Positions 39,272-50,670 of a stretch of 64,000 bases of DNA are shown here, piece by piece (the stretch's first letter is position 1; every line of letters starts with the position of its first letter). The stretch comes from Octopus sinensis (taxonomy: Eukaryota). The notes beneath the pieces were generated by a model. The model saw only the letters and a program-made list of their open reading frames with translations. It was not told the origin of the DNA and did not search any database. The stretch spans positions 27,032,001-27,096,000 of the forward strand of contig NC_043003.1 of assembly GCF_006345805.1 (NCBI RefSeq). Reading direction: 5' to 3'. Position numbers and translations under genes: made by a program.

Positions 39272-39471
39272 TTAAAACAGTTTGATTTCAGCCCATACAA
39301 CTTAGTTTCGTAGCTTCATCACAGGGAGCTAGCTCGTCAGATCCAAGGGAAAAAATGGAGAGTTGTAGGACTTCCTACAGCTCGCTATTTGGCCGTCTCG
39401 ACCTGACGAGCTGGGTTCCTGAGACAAGGCTACGAAACTAAGTTGTATGAGGGCGAATCAAGCTGTTTTCA
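39272..39471. mobile_element. Inverted repeat (about 70 bp arms) with degenerate hammerhead cores CTGACGA...CGAAAC
   Basis: Cores lie at 39334-39340 and 39306-39309 (minus) and at 39403-39409 and 39434-39437 (plus). Confidence 0.5.
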
Positions 39472-40849
39472 ATAATATGTAACTCCTAGTAAATGTGTTG
39501 AATGCCTCTTTTTTTTCATTTGCCAACTTGTGTGTACATGTATATAAAACGGGCTTCCACACAGTTTCCGTCAACCAAATTCACTCAAGGTATTGGTCAG
39601 TTCAGCGCTATAATAGAGGACACTTGCTCAAGGTGCTGTTCAGTGGGACTCAACTCCAAACCACGTAGTTGCAAAGTAAGTTTCTTAACCACACAGCTAT
39701 GATCCTTTACTCGTTTCAGCCATGCTGCTGCGGTCATGCTGGAGCACCACACCTGTTAAATATTCATAGAAAAGCTGTTGTTCAGTCATGTGTGAAGAGA
39801 AGCTGTCCAATACTTTTGTACCATTTTATCATCACCATTTTTCGTCCGTGTTCCATGTTGATATAGGTTGCACCGTTTGACAGAGGATTTGGTCAGTTCT
39901 TGTGAGGGTCACAAGTTTCCCAAAAGGGCCAGAGATCCTCGTCTTGTTAGACATGTCAGCATTGGCGTGGTGTCTACGTCTGGGTGCCCTTGCTAACACC
40001 AATCGTTTCGCAATATACTGCATGCAACTGTTCTTTTGCTTTTTGTTTTTCGAAGCCACAATATTAGTTTTGAATATTGTTTCTGGAAACGAAACTCAAG
40101 AATCTCTCCATATATTGAATCCTTAAACAAATGCAAGAGCTTAGACATGAGAGCTATGCTAACATAGTATGGACATTCACATTTCTTTTGATTTCATTAA
40201 TTTTAGTAATGAATGTGAAGTGGTCTATTCAATCACAATTCGAAACCATGTTACGATGTCCATTTCCTAACATAGTAATAAGCTATTTACTAGTACCAAT
40301 GAGGATGGCTTAACATGGTTTCCAGTGACTAATTCGTGTTTTTTTGACATTAACTGGGTACTCCTGGAAAACTCGTAAGTGATAAATGTTCAGTTTAACT
40401 AGTTGTGGAAAACTATTTAACGAAACCCACTGAATAAAAAATACGTGGTGTTCTTTAATAAAATATATACATACAGAATTCATATTCTTGTATCTGCCTT
40501 GGAAACGAAAGGAGTGGACTTTTGAATAATACAAGACTTGGAGATTAAATATGCTTAGAAAAAAAATGCTTTCACTATTGTAATTCCTGCTGCATGAAAT
40601 AGACAAATACTGGAAAGAAAGAAAAAAAAAACGAAGGAAACCATCCCCTAAATCCTTCCTCTTTTTCTTTCTCCATGAGATCATGACAGCTATTCTGAAA
40701 GTCTGTGAAAAAGAAAAAAGGGGGCAGGGTATACTGGATAATGCAGTAATGGTACAGTGTGAGTGGGGAGGGGGTTAGTTGACTGTTTTGCTTACTCTCC
40801 CAAATCCATCAGCCTTACTATCACTTTGAGGAAGACAAGATCCTATTGT

Positions 40850-41190
40850 CATGGTAGGCAATACGTCTCTAAATACTGTGCTAAAATCCTGCTACCTAGG
40901 AAACATAATGAACAACGCCCAACTGGACAGATCAATGAAGAACTGTCTAAAGCAAACTCAGCTTTCATAGACCCTAGTACAGTTTGTAGAGAGGTCAGGA
41001 TATTTGCCTGACCAAAAGATCAAAGGGCACCAGACAACAGTGCTTGCCTCACTCCTGTATGGCTGTGAAACATGGATATTCTACAGGTACCATATTAAAT
41101 GGCTGAACTCATTTAATTTGTAACATCTAGTGGCAGGACAAAGTTCCCAACATAGAGTTCCTTCCTAGAATGATGTGACATTTGAGGCAT
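40850..41190 (+). pseudogene. RTE LINE fragment
   Basis: Remnants of CYLG and LLYGCETW. Confidence 0.7.
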
Positions 41191-44100
41191 AGTTTCCTTA
41201 TCAAAGCAAAAACCCCAATCCAATAACTGAATACTGAGTAATAATATATATTCTAAGTTTATCCATATGTAAATTTTGTGTAATCCTATTAAATAGAGAT
41301 TGCTACAACCACTTAATATAAAAATGAACATTTATCACTTGTGGGTTTTCCGGGGGCATTCACTCAATGTCTAAAAAGGCAGGTTATTCATTGTTGGAAT
41401 TCTAGTGTTTACTTGGTTTTTCAAAAAGGGATCCCAGTACTATCTGTAAGATTTTATTTTTTTTATATTGTGTCAGATTAAAACAATAATTTAAAGGGTA
41501 AATATGTTGATTTTTGGCCCCATATGACTCCTATTGAAACAGATCACTGGTCAAAAGGTGTTGAAGTCATTATCATAGTACTTTTCTTTTAAACAGTGTA
41601 TACTGCATACTACCTGGTGTAGTTTAAAACTATGCACACAACCACCAACACCGTATGACATATATGTGTGTGTGTGTGTGTATGCATGTCTGTATATGTA
41701 TGTATAATGCCTGTGTGTGTGTATATATATATATATTCTTTTAACCTTTTTGCTTTCATATTTCAGTTGAAATTCAAATTCATTCCCTTTTGTTTCAATT
41801 ATGTTTGAAAATAATGAAGAATTTAGTAAAATAACTGTCATTCATAAGCTGACGTTTGGAATATAGATTAACATGAACCTTGGATAGAAATTTTGAAACA
41901 AGAAGTTTTAAATTGGTATCAAAAAGCTCTGAAAATGGTTTTCTGATTTCGATGTTTTGAACATTAGAGAATCAGAATATAAAAATCAAATTTTCGTAGT
42001 ATCATGTGAACAAAACGCCATGCGTATTAACAATGAAAGTGAAAGTGAAGGCATTGATAAGAGCACTGTCACTTTCTACAATGTCAGATTAGCAGAAATT
42101 TGCAACACAGTCTGCGTCGAATCTTCTACCTCATAAGGTTAGAATTTATTCAGATTTTCAATGTGTTTCAAGGCTGTGAATACTCTCTCCCATCACTATC
42201 AATAACAACAACGCTAGTCCGTCAAAGGTTAATCCTCAAATTGCCTCAGGTATTCATTTTCAGTTGAGTGTACAAGAATAACCTGAAGTGAAGTGCCTTG
42301 CTCAAAGAAAGACATAACTCAACACCGGGTCTGAGAATCGAACCCACAACCTATCCATTGTGAGCGCTGACACCCTAACCATTAAGCCAAGCACCTTCAT
42401 AAAGTTTGAAATGAGCTGATTATGAATCAGTGTGCAAATACATTAACACTTTAATTAGCAGTAATAGGTAAAAATTTCTAATTCAGCAATATGGCTGAAA
42501 AACATGTTCTATTTAAGGATAGGGTATATGACATCATATAAGCTTCTCTCTATTCCATCCATGTCTCGTTCAAATGTGACCAGTTCGTCGTGAACGATTG
42601 ATCTTGTTTTGTACTTATGCATACACACAACAGATCAAACATCGTTTCAGTCGACACTAGTAGCAGGATTCATAAAATGAAAGGAACGGAAGGAAGGGTT
42701 TACAGTTCCAAGATTGGTGAGATTATTAAAAGGTTGATGACTGATCGGTAAAAAAAAAAATTTTTTATGTCCAACGTTATCGATAATTGTAGTCTCCAAG
42801 GTCAGTCCAGTACGATTGGGGTTGCGTTAAAGAAATTCTCTTTTTATTAGCGTTAACTTTAATTCCAATGACCAAAAAAAAAATTATAAGTCTAGTTTTT
42901 TTTTTGCGTTTGAACAACGAATTTTCATCAATTTTTACGGCACTGATAGGAACCACAGAATCGCACTCAGCTGTCTCGTTAAATTCTTGCCACTAAATAA
43001 CTGCTTTGATACCAATACAATTCCACTCAGTGAAAGGGTCTCTAGGACTTCTCATACAAAGCTGAAGACTAAATGAAACATAGCAGGAACTGCCAATTTC
43101 GATTTTCTTCCAGAAATATGTTGCTTTACACAGAAACTCGTATACATGCTTGCGCATGAGAGAGAGAAAGTGTGTGTGTGTACAGACAGACAGATAGATA
43201 CACAAACACACACTTAAGGTGGCAAATTCGTAGTGTAAGAATGCCGGGCCGGGTGCCTTACCCCATGCGTTCTGAATTCAAATTTTGCCACGCTTGGTGG
43301 TATATTTAATCCGTGATTTTCGGTGTTTTTAGCGAAGCCCACTCTGTTGCAAGCTTTCGGGCCAAATTTCCAAATTGATTATACCTTCCTCTTTACAGAC
43401 CCGCTTGTCTTGAAAGCCCTGTAAACAGTTGTGGGCACAGCCCCCGCTCTCTCCTGACTAAAAAGATCAAAGGAATAACTACGTCTTTGAGATTAGTACA
43501 ATGACATGAATCCCACCACCAGCACACACACACACACTTGTCATTGGCAATAATGTGCTGTCTCACTTGCAAAAACTGCGCATAAGAGTTTTTAAATTCT
43601 GGAATTTTCCATTTTCTATCAGTAGGTACTTTCAACATAAAAAGGATAGCGTTTTGAACGAGTTTGTGGAAGAAAAATTTTTAAAAATTCAGAATACTAA
43701 TCCTTCTTTTAGATAGAGAAATTATAATCTTGCTAGTGTCATGTTTTGTAAGTCTACATACAATAATTGTTACAAATCACATAACTTGCATTGCAGAAAC
43801 TAAGAGTGAACTATACTTATGTTTATTAATTATTTGGTTCCGTTATTTTGTAAAATATTTGAGATTCCTAATCTGATATATTCAAATCAAAGATACAAGA
43901 GGGAGAGCAGAATTCGAAGCTACCTCTGTTGTTTAAACGTTCCTTTTTTTTTTTTTTTTTTTTAGCTGTTATTTCTAACAAAAACGGTCGATTACATAAA
44001 AAAAAAATTGTGTTAGCTCAATAAAATATATTTCAAAAACCAAAATATCTCATTACGACCATAATTAGCTTGGAACACCGCCCACACCAAGAATTTTGTC

Positions 44101-44805
44101 TCGTCTAATTCGAACATCCCCACCCCACCCGTATGACTCAGATGAAGGGGGGGGGGCTATCTTTCTGCTAAAAAAAAATACAGAAGAGACTCGTGGCGGT
44201 GATTAACAAGACGGCGGATTCCGTCCACATAAATTTCATTCACATGGCTTAGGACAAATTGAGATAATGGTAGGAGACACCTGCCCAGGGTACAGCGCGT
44301 TAAGTCAGCATTCGAAATCGTACAAATGCAAAACATTCTTTTTGATCAAACAACCATACCTGAGCCTTTTCGTCTAAAGTTGCCGATTAACATGGACATG
44401 ATGCGAGAGATAACGATACCGGTACAAAACACGAGCTGTAGATAAGGCAGTACGCGATTATATATATATATACACACAGCTAGTTATAAAATCTCCTACG
44501 TGTGTATAATATATATACACACGTAGGAAAATATGTCTTGGAGACAGAGTAGTGTGCACAGATATATGTACACACATAAAGGCTCCCAGAGAAAATACGT
44601 GTGCATACATGGGTAAATAATTCGAACATAACCAGGTACATGTATATTGATAAATGATTATATATCATTCCTACACACGGATATACATGCTTTCATAATT
44701 ATATTATGTACATAGTCAGTCATACAAGATCATGCATGTATACAACTCTTTAAATGTACATATCTTCCGCATTATTCATACACATATTTTCAGTAGTTAA
44801 CTCAC

Positions 44806-44856
44806 CTCGGGGTTCGATTCGAGAGGTATCCAAAACTGTTTGCTGTCTGACGCCAT
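44806..44856 (-). CDS. UCHL3: UCH-L1/L3-type ubiquitin C-terminal hydrolase, coding exon 1 (MASDSKQFWIPLESNPE)
   Basis: The minus strand reads ATG GCG TCA GAC AGC AAA CAG TTT TGG ATA CCT CTC GAA TCG AAC CCC GAG, followed by a GTGAGT donor in phase 0. WxPLESNPE is the N-terminal signature of peptidase C12 UCH-L proteins. The symbol denotes the invertebrate UCHL1/UCHL3 co-orthologue. Confidence 0.95.
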
Positions 44857-45130
44857 GCTGTCAACTAGAAGAAGAAAGTTAACTACTCACTCTGTCGCGT
44901 CTTCCTCCTACTTCTTCAATAAGCTTACTCTTTCTTTTTTGTTTTCCTCCCTTCCTCCTACTTCCGCTTGCTTTTTTCACTTATAGCCGTCTACTCTGAC
45001 TACTCTCTCCTGCTTTCACCTCATTGTCTGTATTTCTATTCCTGTCTTTGTTTCTCTCCCTCCTACTATTTCCGGTTTGTCGGTGCTCGCTGCTATTGTT
45101 TCAATGATATTCTTTTTATTATCGAGTCCC
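44857..45130 (-). promoter_or_regulatory. Probable 5' leader and proximal promoter of the UCH-L gene
   Basis: Non-repetitive, CpG-containing sequence immediately upstream of the ATG, purine-rich on the minus strand. The transcription start cannot be located from sequence alone. Confidence 0.45.
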
Positions 45131-45201
45131 AGGTCAGATCTCATCGCGTAGACTTAGATCAAACTTGTTATAACAGCGACCAAGTCTTTTTTTTATTTTT
45201 G

Positions 45202-45610
45202 GGCGATCTTTCGTCTCTAGTAGACCTTTCCGTCGATTTCCGTAAAAAATTTTTTTTTTTTTACATATGGGCTTGCGGGAACTTTTGAAGTAATATATAT
45301 ACACATACACCGAGTAAAAAATTTCAGTTATCTCTTTCTTTCACACACACTAACAGAAGCACTTCACTTACACAACATACTGTCTGTCTCCCACACCCCA
45401 TCAAACACACACACACACGCACGCACACACACATGTACATCAATGCTTCCCATGCACGGTAACTTCAAAAGAACTTCCTTCGTCATACAATCGCTTTCTC
45501 TTAGTCTCTTTCGCTCTCATTACTTCAAAAGTTCCCGCAAGCCCATATGTAAAAAGTAAAAGTTTTTTACGGAAATCGACGGAAAGGTCTATTACAAACG
45601 AAAGATTGCC
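45202..45610. repeat. Inverted repeat (about 92 bp arms, about 225 bp spacer) upstream of UCH-L exon 1
   Basis: 45202-45294 is the reverse complement of 45519-45610. Confidence 0.85.
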
Positions 45611-45624
45611 TATTTTTGTTATTA

Positions 45625-46020
45625 TTTAAGGCGGTGAGCTGGCAAAATTGTTAGCACACCAGGCAAATTACTTAGCAGTATTTCATCCATCCTTGCGTTC
45701 TGAGTTCAAATTCCGCCGAGGTCGATTTCACCTTTCATCCTTTCGTGGTCAATAAAATTCCCCCAAATTTCAGGCCTTGTGCATATAGTAGAAAGGATTA
45801 TCATTAATATTATTATTATTATTATAAACTTACACCTAAGGCAGTGAGCTGGCAGAATAATAATCACGCCAGACAAACTAATTAGCGGCATTTCGTCCGT
45901 GTTTATGTTCTGAGTCTGACTTTTATCTTTTCGTGGTCGATAAAATAAGTACCAGTTGAGCACAAGGTTCGAGGTTATCGACTTGCCCCTTCCTCCAAAA
46001 TTCTAGGTCTTGCGTTTATA
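45625..46020 (+). mobile_element. Two tandem copies of a tRNA-head SINE, family B
   Basis: The head gcggtgagctggcaraa...gttctgagttcaaattccgcc also occurs at 35645-35728 and 56190-56370. Confidence 0.7.
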
Positions 46021-46454
46021 GTAGAAGGGGATTATTATACCTAGATCTGAATTGTCGTATGTGCCCTCTCTTTAAACAGACTTTGTAATTCTAGGGATGA
46101 GTGACTACAGCCACGAAAAGCAGGCTTTTATATATCTTGCGCTTCATTACCCAATGTTATATTTTTGTATAATTTAAGACGTTAAAGTGTGATTTAAGGG
46201 AGAGTTGGATGTTATTTCGGCACTTATTCGCTATAACGTGTATTTTGTTTGTTGTTTTTTTTTTACGTCGCTTTAAATTTTTATAGTTTTCGGATGAATA
46301 CATACATAGAAACAAAGAAAAATATCCTGTTGTTGATGTTGAAATTCCAATAAAGGAGACTTGGATTTAGGTTAGAAACCGGCTCTTTCTCTACTGGCAA
46401 GAAATCATGAAAAACTGAACAATAACATATATACATACATACATGCATACATGC

Positions 46455-46500
46455 ACAGACAGACAGACACACAGACAGTCAGACAGTCAAACAGACAGAC

Positions 46501-46572
<72 letters not shown>
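46455..46572. repeat. (GACA)n(GATA)n microsatellite
   Basis: Direct reading. Confidence 0.95.
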
Positions 46573-46573
<1 letters not shown>

Positions 46574-47752
46574 TGTTTCTTTATTAGCCACCCAGGGCTA
46601 CAAACAGACGGGACAAATTACAAAGTAGAGCTTTTCTTTTTGGGGATAAAAAAAAACGTGGGTTGGTTTTCGATCAAAAATGATCGTAAATGGAAAGAAA
46701 GAGGAAAGCAAAAAACAAATAAGAGCAATAAAGGGGTGGGGGCAGAAATAAAAGGAAAAAGAAAACATCGATCAATAGGGATCGTTATCACAGAAATGTC
46801 AATATAAAGTGTAAAGGGGAAGACAGGTGAGGTTTACCTGTGGAAAGAAAAGCCTACGGAAAAGACCACGGTAACCTCGGTCAATGAAGTCACATGTTAT
46901 ATTTTTTTACAAATAAGCAATTCTCTGTATTAATTTTTACGGTTCATAGGATCATAGTCAAGGTGGCTTCGTCATTCATGCGTGCCATCCTTGCTACATT
47001 CACCCATCTTTTTTTAAAACATTCACTAGACAAAACTTGCTTCTCTACTCTCACTTTCCTTTTCAAGTGATACTTAAAGAAGTTGATGAGAGATTGACCA
47101 GAGAGGAAAGTGTTTGTCTCCAATCCTTTCAGACGCGTCCACCAGATACAATCTTTCGCCATAGCCACAAGTATGATAAAAATAGCTCTTCCTTCCCGTT
47201 TGAAGGAAGGAGGCGTGACGATATTAACGATAGACTCGGCTGATAAACCGACACGTCCCACACGTGACAGCAATCGTTCGACATAAGCCCACAGGTCGGA
47301 GATTGTTGGACACTGCACGATTGCGTGCAGAACGGTTTCGTCGCTCTGACCGCATCTCGGGCAGGTCGACCCGTGTTTCTCGAGCCATGCCTATAGAGCT
47401 TATCCCGAACGGGTAGCGCTTCTCAGTAGCACTACCAGGCCAGGGATCTCTGGCAGTTGTCCATAGGTCCCGGCCCGAAAGTCGTCTCAAACAGGCGGGT
47501 CAGGTATTCCTCGTCGACGCCCAGGTTCGCCCCAAGATCGTCGTCGTACCTCCCCTCCACTAATCCCCTATAGAATGCTTGGGTTGTGTTGAAGTCACTC
47601 AAGGTCGACCCGGGACGGCATAGTTGCTTGAGAGCAACGCGACACTCGCGGTGCCATTCGCCCTTCCTCGGCCTCTTTTTGATCCACGACTGTAGTTCTG
47701 TCATGGAGACGAGCTGCGGGAAAGCGTGCCTCACAAACGGCGACCACAGGTG
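46573..47752 (-). mobile_element. 5'-truncated L1/Tx1-clade LINE (ORF2 C-terminus with CCHC finger, 3' UTR, AATAAA)
   Basis: It encodes QRSLAW..ALPVRDKLYRHG, then TCPRCGQSDETVLHAIVQCP (zf-RVT-like) and the C-terminus ending at 46944. There are premature stops, a frameshift, and a polyA signal at 46580-46585 abutting (TCTA)n. Confidence 0.85.
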
Positions 47753-47854
47753 TATGGCAAGGAAGTATGCTTCCCAACGTCATGGTATCAGATTCAGTCC
47801 CACTACATGGCACTTTGAGTGTCTTCTACCAAAGCCTCAGGCCAACCAAAGCCT

Positions 47855-47948
<94 letters not shown>
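47855..47948. repeat. (GATA)n microsatellite
   Basis: Direct reading. Confidence 0.95.
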
Positions 47949-48540
47949 TCAGCAGCTTAGACAGGTTCTAAATTTAGCAGGAGCGAGCCCAAACAAAAAT
48001 GCACCATGACACATAACAGAGAATTTTAACTCATTTCTTTTATATGACGTGAAATATTTCATTAGTTAAAATAATTGTGTTCTACGTTCCTTAATTTTAT
48101 GGTTCAATAAAAATTTCATAATGTTTGAAACTTACAACTACTGATATCGGTGTTACGTGAAAAAGATAAAACACCACAGGATCGTCCAGTGTCGAAAGTT
48201 ATGACATCAGGGTTTGTTTTGGTTTTTCAGATGTCAGCGACCAATACAGCACAGGAGATTGAGCAGACAGTTAAAAAAACATGAGAGGGAGGTTGGTCAA
48301 ATGAATCCACAAAGTTCTTTCAAGGCCATGCGATTAATAGAAGAGAGAGAAACGGCGGGAGTGGGGAGTGAGAGAGAGAGAGAGAGAGGGGGCGCGATTC
48401 GACTTTTATTGCGTAAGTGAAATGAAAAGTTTGTAGATGCTTCCCTTGCTCCCCTATATATATATTTTTATTTATTCATTTATTTATTTATTTATCTAGT
48501 TTCAGCTCACAAGCTGTGGCCATGCTGGGGCACCGCCATT

Positions 48541-48572
<32 letters not shown>

Positions 48573-48574
48573 TA

Positions 48575-48879
48575 CTAGCAGTATCGCCCGGAGTTGCTCG
48601 AGTTTGTAAGGGAAATAACTATATAAGCATTTTTAGAGAGTTACTTCCCTTATATAACCCGAGCAAAAATCATTAAAAATGCGGGAAAATAATGGTAATT
48701 TTTTTTTAAATCGTAGACTCATCGTAGACGCGCGCTAATACCCAGAAGGGCTCGATATGAATGACGACTATAAGATACCGCTTTTGGTTAAACTGCACCG
48801 CAAAATGTAGGAGTAGTTAGGAATCTAAATCGGAGGAGACAGAGTCTCACACACACAACTTCAAGTTTATATATAAAGA
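48575..48879 (-). mobile_element. Non-autonomous Helitron (left arm copy)
   Basis: A|TC...CTAG|T termini with a subterminal CCCG-N8-CGGG hairpin, inserted in (TA)n. Confidence 0.8.
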
Positions 48880-48899
48880 TATATACATATATATAATAT

Positions 48900-48968
<69 letters not shown>

Positions 48969-49043
48969 CTTTATATATAACTTGAAGTTGTGTGTGTGAG
49001 ACACACACATATATATATATATGTATATATATATATGTATATA

Positions 49044-49347
49044 TCTTTATATATAAACTTGAAGTTGTGTGTGTGAGACTCTGTCTCCTCCGATTTAGAT
49101 TCCTAACTACTCCTACATTTTGCGGTGCAGTTTAACCAAAAGCGGTATCTTATAGTCGTCATTCATATCGAGCCCTTCTGGGTATTAGCGCGCGTCTACG
49201 ATGAGTCTACGATTTTAAAAAAATTACCATCATTTTCTCGCATTTTTAATGATTTTTGCTCGGGTTATATAAGGGAAGTAACTCTCTAAAAATGCTTATA
49301 TAGTTATTTCCCTTACAAACCCGAGCAACGCCGGGCGATACTGCTAG
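49044..49347 (+). mobile_element. Non-autonomous Helitron (right arm copy)
   Basis: TC at 49044, hairpin cccgagcaacgccggg at 49320-49335, CTAG at 49344-49347 followed by T. Confidence 0.85.
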
Positions 49348-49349
49348 TA

Positions 49350-49394
<45 letters not shown>

Positions 49395-49876
49395 GGCGGT
49401 GCCCCAGCATGGCCACAGCTTGTGAGCTGAAACTAGATAAATAAATAAATAAATGAATAAATAAAAATATATATATAGAGGAGCAAGGGAAGCATCTACA
49501 AACTTTTCATTTCACTTACGCAATAAAAGTCGAATCGCGCCCCCTCTCTCTCTCTCTCTCACTCCCCACTCCCGCCGTTTCTCTCTCTTCTATTAATCGC
49601 ATGGCCTTGAAAGAACTTTGTGGATTCATTTGACCAACCTCCTTCTCATGTTTTTTTAACTGTCTGCTCAATCTCCTGTGCTGTATTGGTGGCTGACATC
49701 TGAAAAATCAAAACAAACCCTGATGTCATAACTTTCGACACTGGACGATCCTGTGGTGTTTTATCTTTTTTAGGTAACACCGATATCAGTAGTTGTAAGT
49801 TTCAAACATTATGACATTTTTATTGAACCATAATATATATCTATACATATATACATATATACATATATATATACAT

Positions 49877-49951
<75 letters not shown>

Positions 49952-50093
49952 GGTCCCGGGTTGATTCGGGGTTAACCACAGTAAATAAGGTACTCAATAC
50001 ATAGCAGAGTAAAATTAATTTATTATATAGAAGGAGCTTCTACAGGACTAGAACTGTTTCATTCAAGAGAAATCTTCAAGCTCCTTCTATATA

Positions 50094-50173
<80 letters not shown>

Positions 50174-50204
50174 CACACACACATATATATAAATATATAT
50201 ATAT

Positions 50205-50670
<466 letters not shown>

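Larger units (their letters stand above)
48097..49833. repeat. Large palindrome: about 800 bp arms with about 135 bp TA-rich spacer
   Basis: 48097-48895 is the reverse complement of about 49030-49833, with only scattered substitutions. Confidence 0.95.

Noticed and set aside
44860-44892. GTGAGT donor-like site just upstream of the ATG with a nearby TTCTAG
   Set aside because: The implied intron would be only about 26 nt, too short to accept without transcript data.
44968-45288. 106-aa plus-strand ORF suggesting a head-to-head partner gene
   Set aside because: It starts at a non-ATG codon, is a low-complexity translation of a pyrimidine tract and runs into an inverted repeat. No downstream plus-strand exons were found.
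46320-46400. Hammerhead-like GAAACCGG segment
   Set aside because: The upstream core reads CCAATAA and stem I is unconvincing. At best it is a decayed PLE terminus.
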